Assembly: GCA_965644295.1 (NCBI GenBank) | Contig: CBFFRP010000280.1 | Span: 166,399 to 230,398, forward strand | Length of the DNA stretch: 64,000 nucleotides | Source of the DNA: Paraphysomonas bandaiensis | Lineage: Eukaryota; Protista; Chrysophyceae | Reading direction: 5' to 3' | Shown: in pieces, positions 26,708 to 37,714 of the stretch | Layout: each line of letters begins with the position of its first letter | Position numbering within the stretch: position 1 is the stretch's first letter | Position numbers and translations under genes: made by a program | The notes under the pieces: model-generated | The model's input: the letters and a program-made list of their open reading frames with translations, nothing else | Told to the model about the DNA's origin: nothing | The model's database searches: none

Positions 26708-29700
26708 TCAAAAAAGGCCCACTTCTCGCTTCTTGGTAAGCTGTTTCCATTTCGGCAGAGCAGCAAACTCAAGTTTCGTAACACCCATTACACGTAGAAA
26801 TTCAGCATCACTTAGGTAGCTTTCCTTCTTTCCCATGTCGATATTCTGTACTAGATTGTCTCGAAGAGCGTCATATGAATAACAGTTAGAATATGAAACG
26901 GTTGCTGTGAGTGCATCAGTGGCCCTCGCCTTCTCAAAGTTAGCGGATCGCGACTTCACAAGAAGCGAACGCCTGTCAACCGAACCGTGAGATATCGATT
27001 CCGACCCGACAGAAGCAGGTTTATCGGTAGCACTTGAAGTATCTCTTTCGAAATACGCCGATCTGCTGCGCACAAAACCGAAGCGTTGCTCCGCCATACC
27101 AGAGGAGGATGGTATCGGTGCGGACTGACGCCTATCTTTATCTCCAATGGTGCGGGCGTTATCATTTCTTTCTGCTGCGTGTTCAAGTTTCGACTGTTCC
27201 TCCCCTACGTTTGAACGGCTTGCACGTTTAGCGCCATTCAGAGGTACACCATTCACAGGGACAGATGATGTAACAGGTGCCATGCTCACCCGTTGTAAAC
27301 TTATACTAACCTCAGGAAGTTCACCATGACCAGAGCCAGATCGTTCAAAACGGGCAGATCGCGATTTTATGAACTCGGAGCGTTTGTTCAATGAAGAAGG
27401 CGCTGATACCCTGCGATTATCACCTTGAGGAAGGTTGGTATGCATCTGGCTAGAGGATGCATCAGCCACAGGATGGACACCAGAAGTGCTCAACTTTTTT
27501 CGTTCAAACTTTTCAGATTGTTGCTGGACAAATCCTCCGCGAGAAACAACTTGCGGTTTGTGTGCACGTTCTACGTCAGGCAACTTAGGATTTTCTTCCG
27601 AGTTTCGGTGAAGCCTATCGGATAGTTCAATGTCATCTGGAGAAGGCCCATGCTGACCGGGAATAACCAGTTCCTTATCGTTTGAAGTAGAAATACTAGT
27701 CTCCTCTGAGTGTTCTAATTTCGCTGCTTGCTCCAAGTCTGGACTTGAGCGGCTTGTGGGTTGAGGTATTGCACTATGCTCCGCATCCAGTGATGATTCC
27801 TGTCTCAGTTCAAACTTTTCAGATTGTTGCTGGACAAATCCTCCGCGAGAAACAACTTGCGGTTTGTGTGCACGTTCTACGTCAGGCAACTTAGGATTTT
27901 CTTCCGAGTTTTGGTGAAGCCTATCGGATAGTTCAATGTCATCTGGAGAAGGCCCATGCTGACCGGGAATAACCAGTTCCTTATCGTTTGAAGTAGAAAT
28001 ACTAGTCTCCTCTGAGTGTTCTAATTTCGCTGCTTGCTCCAAGTCTGGACTTGAGCGGCTTGTGGGTTGAGGTATTGCACTATGCTCCGCATCCAGTGAT
28101 GATTCCTGTTTCAGTTCAAACTTTTCAGATTGTTGCTGGACAAATCCTCCGCGAGAAATAACTTGTGGTTCGTGTGCACGTTCTACGTCAGGCAACTTAG
28201 GATTTTCTTCCGAGTTTTGGTGAAGCCTATCGGATAGTTCAATGTCATCTGGAGAAGGCCCATGCTGACTGGGGATAACCAGTTCCTTATCGTTTGAAGT
28301 AGAAATTTTAGTCTCCTCTGAGTGTTCTAATTTCGCTGCTTGCTCCAAGTCTGGACTTGAGCGGCTTGCGGGTTGAGGTATTGCACTCTGCACCGCATCC
28401 AGTGATGATTCATTTGTCACATGTACTGGAGAGTCAGGTCCTTTCACAGGTACACCATTCACAGGGACAGATGATGTAACAGGTGCCATGCTCACCCGTT
28501 GTAAACTTATACTAACCTCAGGAAGTTCACCATGACCAGAGCCAGATCGTTCAAAACGGGCAGATCGCGATTTTATGAACTCGGAGCGTTTGTTCAATGA
28601 AGAAGGCGCTGATACCCTGCGATTATCACCTTGAGGAAGGTTGGTATGCATCTGGCTAGAGGATGCATCAGCCACAGGATGGACACCAGAAGTGCTCAAC
28701 TTTTTTCGTTCAAACTTTTCAGATTGTTGCTTGACAAACCCTCCGCGACGACCAACCGTGGAACGTTTTGACTCGTCCAGAACAACTGAACTTTCAGTGG
28801 CTACGTGACTGAGTATATAGTCTTCGCCGGATATTTTATCACTTGGTTCAACAACCGAAGGAGTGAATTCATTCGGTCCGACGGACTCCGGGGTATCGTT
28901 TCCGTGGCGGTCTACTACTGGGAGGCTAATTTCGGTCTCTTTTATATTTTGGGTGACAAGCGATGTGACATGCGAGCTCGGAGTTTCGAGTGCTTCGTTA
29001 GCAACCTGAAATTTCAATAATAACTACATTACCAACGGTTGGTTATACATTGCAATTAGCATACAAAGACGTATTCACTACCGGCTTCGCATCATCAATT
29101 AGAGACTCTTCGTGGTAGTCGCCAGAAATAGACGGTGGAACGACGTCAAGAGTGAAAGAACTGTGATCCACTGGGCAGCGCTTTTCCTGTGACGCGGTCA
29201 AATGGAGATAGTGAATGAAATATGTTCAAATAGAGGAATTCTCATACCTTCAGTAAAAGCTCTTCCACACGTGCCTGCTGCTTGTTCGATTCTCTCGTTA
29301 ACTTTGAAATCTGAGTTTCATACTTCCTCACTTTGGCCTCTAATTCCGCAAACTCGGACTTCGATATACTACTCTGCGGAAGCCTGGGAATGGTATCATC
29401 ATTTTTTTCTCGTACCGTTATTTCAGGACTCTCAGACAAAGTTAATGAGAGTTCCCCAACAGAATCATCCCAGCGTCGCACTTTATCCACTGTGCCAGTT
29501 GGATGAGGGGAAAAAATGTCGCTGAGGCGAAGATAGTCAGTACTACCCCAGCAATCAACCTGATACCGCCCCGACTCAATCATACTCCGCAACTGACGCA
29601 CTGCACTCAGACGAGTCATATTATTATGCTGCACCAAAATCGAAACTAGTGTCTCAAACACACACTCCACAGTCGTATTGCCCCCACTGACATACACCGA

Positions 29701-32700
29701 ACATGAGGAGTCTGACAATAGTTTTACAATATTTTCCCCAGCTAACTCCATCTTATCCACAATGTAAGACCGCGGTGGTAATGCAATGTGTACCTCAGAG
29801 AGGGCTCCCTCCTCAAGCCACAAGTTAAGCTCCTCTCCATACATCACCGAATTAGTGGAGAGAAACCCTGTGAAAACCAGGGCTGGACCAATGGGGCTCA
29901 CTGTGTCATCTTCAGGTATATATTGACAACGTTCCTCACAGAAAGCTGTCATTGGAGCGAGAGCAATCCCTCCGCCGATCATAAGCAGCGGTGCCTGCGG
30001 GTTCGCACATAATCTAAACGTCGACTTGCTTAGCGCCACCAATGCGCTGTCTCCAGCTGCCATATCGTTCAGCATAGCCGAAGCGTGTCCATACCGCTTC
30101 TGAGAGAATGCTGATGGTATAGAAACTAGACTCGCACATATGTACGCTTCATATGGGTGCACCAATGCCGAAGAAGCTATTGAATAATATCTCGGCTTAA
30201 GTGGACGAACAATTTGTAGCAGGTCTATGATAGTAATTGAACAGGTGGACGAGAACCTCTGAAGCATTGCCGAGATAGTGTAGTGCTCATCAATGATTTT
30301 ATTCATGAGTCTGTTGTACTTCTCTTTGTCGTCAGCATATTCTGCAAGTGTTTCGATCCACTCCTGTAACACAAAAAAATTGATGGATGTTTCATCCAAA
30401 CATTTATCTGCTAGTAAAGATATCAGTTTACTACAGACATCTGGTGTGAGTCGTATGTCTATATGAAATCGCAAAATATCACCAACTCTCGCTGGAAGCG
30501 GGACAAATAAAGACGCAGGCACTCGCTCCTGCCGTGATGGAATTACGTCCCAACCCATAACAACATCATCTAACTTCAAACCCAGGGAACTAGCGAGATT
30601 CTCGCATGCATTCACTGAATTTAATGGTAATACACAGAGTCTATCGCCAGTCTCGTAGCTGTCAGTCAACGGGGACACATCAAAGGCCACAACTCTTGCC
30701 GATAATGTTTCGCTTGACTTGAGCATGAGTTGATTGGATATTACACATTCACAACGAGTGAACCGTCCGAGCTTAGCCGGCACCCCATTCATATCAGTGT
30801 CGTAATTTCGTAGTTCAGTCACGCGATGGTCATTCGGCGGGACAACTTCACATTCTAGTCTTGGAATTGGTTCATCACTGCCTAAGAGTGACGTACTTAC
30901 TCTTGCTAACCATTCCTGTCATGACATATGTTATACTTAGCACTAGCACTAACGCTACAACACTATACCTCAAACGCACCATATTGGTTATTCAATTCGT
31001 CAGCTTTCATCGCAGCAAATAAACGATTTCCACCAGCATTAAGTAGAGCTTTATCCACTTCATGGCCATATCCACAGAAAATAGGAAACGCAGAGCATCC
31101 GACCAATAACACACTGAACGATGTGTGATTCAGGTCAGGTAAAGAACCATCACCATCCAAGAAACCGTGAGCATTGTATGGGCACTGTTTATGGTCTAAT
31201 GACGACGTGATGACGAGGATTGTGGAAAAAGTGGAAAGAGAAAGTCGTTTATCACGTGTGCCAAACTCTGACAAACGCGCTAGTGTTGGATGTAGTGAAC
31301 GTAGCTTCCTGACTGTGTGCTTCGCGTATACTTCACAGGTACCAGTTTCCGACCCATAGAGTACTATAACACCCCCACGCGGCATGTCCAATTCTAACAT
31401 CTCGCCTTTACCAGATTCAAGTGTGACTTTAACTGCCCATATGTCAGATTGACTGCGAAAGCGAGGAAACAATGGGAGCTGACGCATTTCGCGAGTCCAT
31501 AGTGGGCACTGCATACCTACGAAGCCTTTGAAATACAAGTGAGCTATTCGGTGACCACGAAATTTATAGAATTATACCTCCAATCCAATTCCACTCACCA
31601 GAGACTTCCCGCCCCTGCTTCTTTTCATTATTACAATGAGTAATAAATTCCGATGATGCTGTGTGATGGGTAGTGATCGGTACGCCGGATTTAATGTACG
31701 ATCGCGAAACTGCTGTGCTCAGAAGAGCAAAGCCGATTTCCTGCCAGTTTGATATATCGTCCCGTGTATTCAGGTCAAAGGATTCTGCAATCTCGAATTG
31801 GTTTTCAAGCTTCTCCCATAGGTACCTTGCTACCTCAAACTCAACGAAACCACGGCTAAATACACAACAGTTGTATTCCACACCACCTATCTCCATAGCG
31901 CGATTTGAAGAGGATAAAAGAGTGGCACAACGAAGGGCGAGGGCATTGAACTTCTCATTAGCGGGATGGGTAATCTGTACATCATATTGAGCTTTCATGG
32001 GTAGTTCGTAAAGTCTTGGAGGAGCACCATCCACCTCGACCACCAGAGGTAATATATCCCATGCAGTCCTCGGCTCAGGCGGATTCCACCCAAGTTTATC
32101 TATCATCATCTGGGTTAAGTGTTTGTTACCAGGATCCCCAAGATAAGTCCCGTCGGGCATTTCATAGCATGCGTACGACACAAGTGAGTTGTTCCATATA
32201 CGTATGCCCCATACTTCATTTGGACGACGGGGTCGGAATACTGTCATAGAGCAGATTTTATCGCTCTTCCTAGCTATGGCTGTGTCCAGATGATTCACAC
32301 ACACTCGAAATATCTCCTCAGGAGAGCAAATGTGTCGCCGATCTCGTACAGTAAGTGAGTCCCAATGCAACCTTCCAATGCATTTCGATGAGTTCCGCCA
32401 CGCCACCTAAAATACAGCATGAAGGGTGTCGTCGTGAAAATACCCACAACATACCCGGCAGCCATACTGAAGCTCTTCGTATGTATGGGTATAGGTCCCT
32501 GTAGCTGCAATCTCGGCTTCCACCTGGCGTAAAACAGTCAACGCATGTGTACGGCTTCATGTAAAAAAATACCTGAGATATTCGAGCTGTCAATTGGTCT
32601 TCTGGCCATCTCTGTTCCTTGGCTAGCAGTAGAAACCACTCCCGTGCCTTCATCAGCAACACTTCCCGCACCACAATCGGCTGCTTCACATGCAGTACCA

Positions 32701-33653
32701 ACAAATCAGCTAATCTCGTCAAGCCTGAACGAAGTTCGGTTGACACAGACTCTCCTGTTTTCTGAAGTGCAGTCAAGAGAGCCTCCGGGAGGTACGAAAA
32801 AGTTTCTATTGGAAATGTATACTCAGAACATATCTTTGCAAGGGGTTTGAAAGACATAGCGAGAGAACCAATTCCTGTTCCTTTCTCCAACCCTCGCACG
32901 ACGTTATTCAAAGTCTCTCCGACTGCTAGGGCGAGGTCGTCTACACTGGTGCTAGCTAAACATACTCTCAGCGTGTTGGAGCGCGCAAGGAGAACTTGAC
33001 AAACGACCTGTCCCACCTTGTCCATCCCCCCATTGGACAACACAGACGACAAGTGACGAGGTAGATGCTTTCGCATTAGAGACGAAGTGAAATATTCTTT
33101 CCTCGAAGCTATGGCTTTTTTTGCTTTGTTTTGGATGTGCAAAACAAAAAACCTCCACACAGCGCTAGAAACTGGGTCACTTTCAGCAGCTATTAAATCA
33201 TCAATTTCCTCTTCATTGAGATATAATGAATAGCATCCCAGACCAAAAAAAAATGCCTTGCGGAGGTGGGTCCATTGACGTGAGTCAATGCCAATATCAG
33301 CATAGTACGACATATATTCCTCTACTGTAGAGTACCTGCACCCTGGATTAGGTTGAGTGGATTCTGTACTCATATTCAGCGCTCGAACAGCAAGATCAAT
33401 AGTGAAAAATATATCTTCCCTCAAAGTCTCATGAAAGGCATATATCTGATACACACACACATACTATTACACTCATATACAATAAATATACATATAAACT
33501 ACATACCGTCTGTTGAACACTAGGACATGTTGCCATCCAACGATGATATATCGCCTCCATACACTGATCTTTCCACACCAGACTCTTGTTCCATATCTCC
33601 TTGACGGTCACGATATCCTCCTCACTGAGGATGGGGACATTATCTTTTGGCAT
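26708..33653 (-). CDS. Globin-coupled nitric oxide synthase-like protein fused to a villin headpiece (8 exons, 2181 aa)
   Basis: Exons are 33653-33507, 33445-32573, 32523-32455, 32406-31578, 31525-30969, 30915-29248, 29186-29082 and 29005-26708. All introns are GT..AG, 48-76 bp, and the frame is preserved (6546 nt). Motifs: [31 protein letters not shown] (NOS heme-thiolate), VLYGSETGT (FMN), PRYYSIASS (FAD) and YLSDAEF..VMG....F..LPKWKQ..KKREVGLF (villin headpiece). Confidence 0.88.
27242..28747 (-). repeat. Coding repeat array: three ~306-bp tandem units flanked by a ~300-bp direct duplication
   Basis: gttcaaacttttcagattg recurs at 27502, 27808 and 28114 (period 306). Blocks ~27242-27545 and ~28449-28747 are near identical. 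Confidence 0.95.
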
Positions 33654-34246
33654 GATACAGTCGTAGGTCCCAGATAATTATGTTCTCTTACACTAACTAA
33701 TAGACAGTCCACCTCAAGGAGGTGTTCTTAATATCTATGATATGAAATTGTGATACTTAAACTCTTCGTATGATTAACGCACACAAGATTGTACATATAC
33801 ACCATACTTCGCTCGTATACACTTCACACTGCACCCTGTACAGCAATATCCAGATATTGGATCTAGAAATAGGTGTTTTTTAGTAAACTGCGTGAAATAC
33901 TGGATATTTACAATACTATACCTCCAATTTTATCTTACAATATTCTAGAATTATGGGCATCCAGACATCACACAGAGCCATATGGTGTTTGATTGTATAT
34001 GGTATTGCAGTGGACCCTCATCATATACAGTACAACAGCACACATATACACCTACAGTGTGGTACAGTATGGCCAAAATCTCAATTCTATTCTGGACACA
34101 AGTCACTCTTGCCATATCCATTACATTGGACAGTCCTTGCACCAGCTAAGCCTTATCCAACACCATCATTATATATATTACTATGTTTATATCTATCCAT
34201 ACTAGAGCCAATACATAGCACCTTACCAACATATATATATATATAG

Positions 34247-35425
34247 ATGTCATCCGTGTGTTCAGATATCTCTAAAAGCGAATATGCTTTTAACATGCTA
34301 ACTGAAGAAGTGGATGAATACTTAGACCATTGCGGTCCTTGGGTTGAGGATTACAGACACGGTTATAGCGAATTAGTTAGAAAAAAACGTATGGTCGCAG
34401 TGCCTCATGTTGCTGGAATCTCTGATCGTATAGTGGGTATTGCCACTGTTTTTCTTTTGGCAATTGTATCAGATCGTGCATTTCAGATTGGACACATGCC
34501 TGAGTTGATTCGCTTCGAAACAGTGTTTCAAATTCCTCATGCCAATATCAGTAGAATATCAGGGGACATGCCAATTATTGAAAGAAGACTACGTGAGGAC
34601 AAATCGAAGAAAGTAGCAACGAGTCATACATATTTGGATCCTCCTGGATATTTTTTAGTTAATTCAATAAGCGATGGTCAATACCCATTGACTAAAACAT
34701 TTTTTGAATATGCGGTTGATAGCTCATTATCTGATGTAATGGTTTCCACTAACAGGGGACGAACCATTAAAATGTTCGACATTACCCACCTTAAGAAACC
34801 TCTTCGTAAAATGGGACTGCAATCAAGGACAGCTTTTGGTTGTGCTATCAACTTTTTGTTTAAACCAAAACCGGAGGCATTCGTTGGCCTGACGAATACT
34901 CTAGTCAAAATGGCTGACAAGCACACAATAAAAATTGCGATCCATATACGGACGGATGATAGAGTATTGATTAAAGGTGATGCAATTGACTTCTCAAAAT
35001 ATGAAAGTTATTTTGAGTGTGCTCGACGTATTGAGAGTTGGGCTGGCTCCACTGGTCGAAATATTGTGTGGTTTCTTTTCTCGGATTCCATAGAGATTAG
35101 ACGTGCTGCACAGAAGAGGTACGGTATCAACAAACTCATTACTGCCGTAGATGTGCCGATTGAGCACACCGCAAAGGAGATGGTGTGCCCACTTAAGCGG
35201 TGCGTGAGTGATGAGGGGTTCAGTGTTGCTGCCGCGGAATGGTGGTTAATGGGACATGCTGACTACTTTGTTGTCGGACTCAACTCTGGGTATGGTAAAA
35301 CTGCCGCAATGCGAACAGCTAAGTTAAATAAAACATATACTATTTATGGTCATCAAAGAAATATGTGCGATGACAATGATTATGCAAGGCTTAGACTTGT
35401 TAAAGAGGCGTATGCTGGAATATGA
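34247..35425 (+). CDS. GDP-fucose-type glycosyltransferase (alpha-1,2/1,6/O-fucosyltransferase superfamily); 5' exon may start near 33953
   Basis: Motifs AGISDR, IAIHIRTDD, WFLFSDS and AAAEWWLMGHADYFV...SGYGKTAA match the three conserved FucT motifs. Confidence 0.75.
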   Translation: MSSVCSDISKSEYAFNMLTEEVDEYLDHCGPWVEDYRHGYSELVRKKRMVAVPHVAGISDRIVGIATVFLLAIVSDRAFQIGHMPELIRFETVFQIPHANISRISGDMPIIERRLREDKSKKVATSHTYLDPPGYFLVNSISDGQYPLTKTFFEYAVDSSLSDVMVSTNRGRTIKMFDITHLKKPLRKMGLQSRTAFGCAINFLFKPKPEAFVGLTNTLVKMADKHTIKIAIHIRTDDRVLIKGDAIDFSKYESYFECARRIESWAGSTGRNIVWFLFSDSIEIRRAAQKRYGINKLITAVDVPIEHTAKEMVCPLKRCVSDEGFSVAAAEWWLMGHADYFVVGLNSGYGKTAAMRTAKLNKTYTIYGHQRNMCDDNDYARLRLVKEAYAGI

Positions 35426-36747
35426 ATTATGCTCTCTGACTATGTGTGTCAGGATTTGTCCAATATATATATAACGTGGAACTGCATGAACAATATATGT
35501 AAATATAATTAAGCTAAATCAAGGGCCCCGTTATACAACTGTTAATGAAATAGAGCACTTTAATTGAGGAGTACCTTAATCAGTTGTGCTTAGCGCACAC
35601 CAGAACAACATTCCGTTGAGTGAACAAATAGCAATCTATCGACAATTATACGCCTTTCAGTGAAGATAAATATGGAAATTAAATTTACTTTAATATTAAT
35701 GTTCAGCTATTACTGATATCTACTTTTTCTATAGGGAAAGAAAAGCTAACTTATGTAGATGGTCGATGTGATAAGTGGCAAAGTAAACTTCCTACTTGAT
35801 GCTTGAATCTTGAATCAGTAGTTTAGGCGCAAGAAAAAAGTTTTTTCGATAGATAATTAGTTGCAACCAGAAAGAAATTGGTTTTAAATTGATTTTAACA
35901 ATCTATGAAAGAAAGGGTGTAAGAGTAGAACATGTTGACTATTGCCTACCATAACAACATAAGAGTTATGTATGCCGCGTCAAAAAGGCGATACAGTCAA
36001 CTCGACGAATATAGTAGTCAACTTTGAATACATTTAATATATGTGCACGAATGACACTCGTAATACGATATTGCATCTGGAAAGATGATAGAGTAAAAAG
36101 TAATCTGCAAGGCAGGTAAAGGAACGAGGGAAGGGGGAGGGCGTTCCTTACTTCCCAACCCCACAAGGGGGCCTCTCCTTGATGATTTATCAATATACCG
36201 ACGGGGTGTGTATGTAAAAAATGTCACCCAGTTTATCACGCAAACAATGATTAACAGGTCCTAATGACTTTGTAATTGATTTACAATATTTATATAGCAT
36301 TAAAGAGTGAACATTATGTATGTACTTTAGTAGTCGTAAATATTTCCAAGTTATTTTCTATTGATATAGGTATCAAGAATCTAGGCTACATTCCTGCTGC
36401 AGAGATTAGTAGTTCCCTAGCTCTTCTCCAAAATATTACGATCTTCGCAATATGAATATGTTCTTTTATAAACAGGTGAAACAGTTTGACGTTGAACTCG
36501 ATTATTTTATGTGTCTTGTTGCTCAGTGACCCCGCTAAAATCTAAAATGTAATGCAAGCAAGGTACTAGAGAGTATTCGAGTTCTTATACCCTTCAGATT
36601 ATAGATGTCAAATCAGTAACACTATACTTCTGTATAGTTTACGACAAGTAATACAGAGAATGCAGAAAGTAGTAACCATAGACGGCACTTTGATTACACA
36701 GTTCAATATACAACAATATACAATACACTATGCACAGTGACATGCGC

Positions 36748-37177
36748 TCACAGACCGAGCTCCCGTTCTCGGATTCTGAGTTTAACCCACAAGGGGTCTT
36801 CAAAAGGTGTAGCATGATATCCTTTATTTACAGGTTGTAGCTTCACAAGGATTCTCTTACATCTCAGTGGCTTCGGGGGTCGCACTCTATTTACTCGTGT
36901 CCATGGATCATTTTCTCCATGAAGTCCGTTTAACCGGACAGGTGTATCATCATTTTGCCGAAGTGACAGAGTAACAGAGTTAATCGGAGTCAAGTATTTA
37001 TGCATAGGGCGCCGCTTATAACGAGGGGCATGTCTCACAACAGGAGCTGGAGACGAGAGCTCCAAGTGCAGTTTCGGGGGATCTAATGGGGAAAGCAATC
37101 GAGATCCCTCTGTACTGGACACATCTGTGTCACACCAAGTAGAGGAGTCGTCAGAATACTTCGATTTGTTGGGCATA
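36748..37177 (-). CDS. Hypothetical small basic protein
   Basis: ORF of ~140 aa with coding-like composition between AT-rich spacers; no recognisable domain. Confidence 0.45.
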
Positions 37178-37714
37178 ATAATATAAACGTCTGGACTCAA
37201 TGTTTACTTCAGCAATAGATGAGACTGAAAGCAGTGATTGAATCTCTCAATGACATATTCACAGTGACTGTATACGTATGTATTCAGTTGTCAGGTAGGT
37301 TACCAGGGTGATATATGTGCTTCTTATGGATATGGTGGTTGATGGAGTGTGTATATTATATATGCAAGTATAGCAGCATGTGACCCATGTAGTGTGTATA
37401 ATCCCCATATAGAAATCTATATATGGAAGTGTGGGTACAGCACTTCATATCTACACAGATATGTATAGCTATACATACTATCCCATCCATCTGACGTATA
37501 TCTAGAGGTACGTACATACGTAGACATCGCACGGATCACTTGATTGGCACTTATACGTCGTAGTATATGTCATACTACAGTCGTACCAGCATACATGTAC
37601 CTATCGATCCGTCCCTTTACACATTCATAGCAGGACAAGCCACCACATAATCATGCAGTACCCAGTAAGCAGTCACGCATATCATCAACTATCACCGATC
37701 AGATACTTACAATT

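Noticed and set aside
27242-28747. CRISPR-like array
   Set aside because: Long in-frame coding repeats without unique spacers, in eukaryotic DNA.
26708-29017. Stand-alone 769-aa villin-headpiece gene
   Set aside because: It starts at TTG inside an intron-like tract just before a CAG acceptor, and in-frame splicing links it to the NOS gene.
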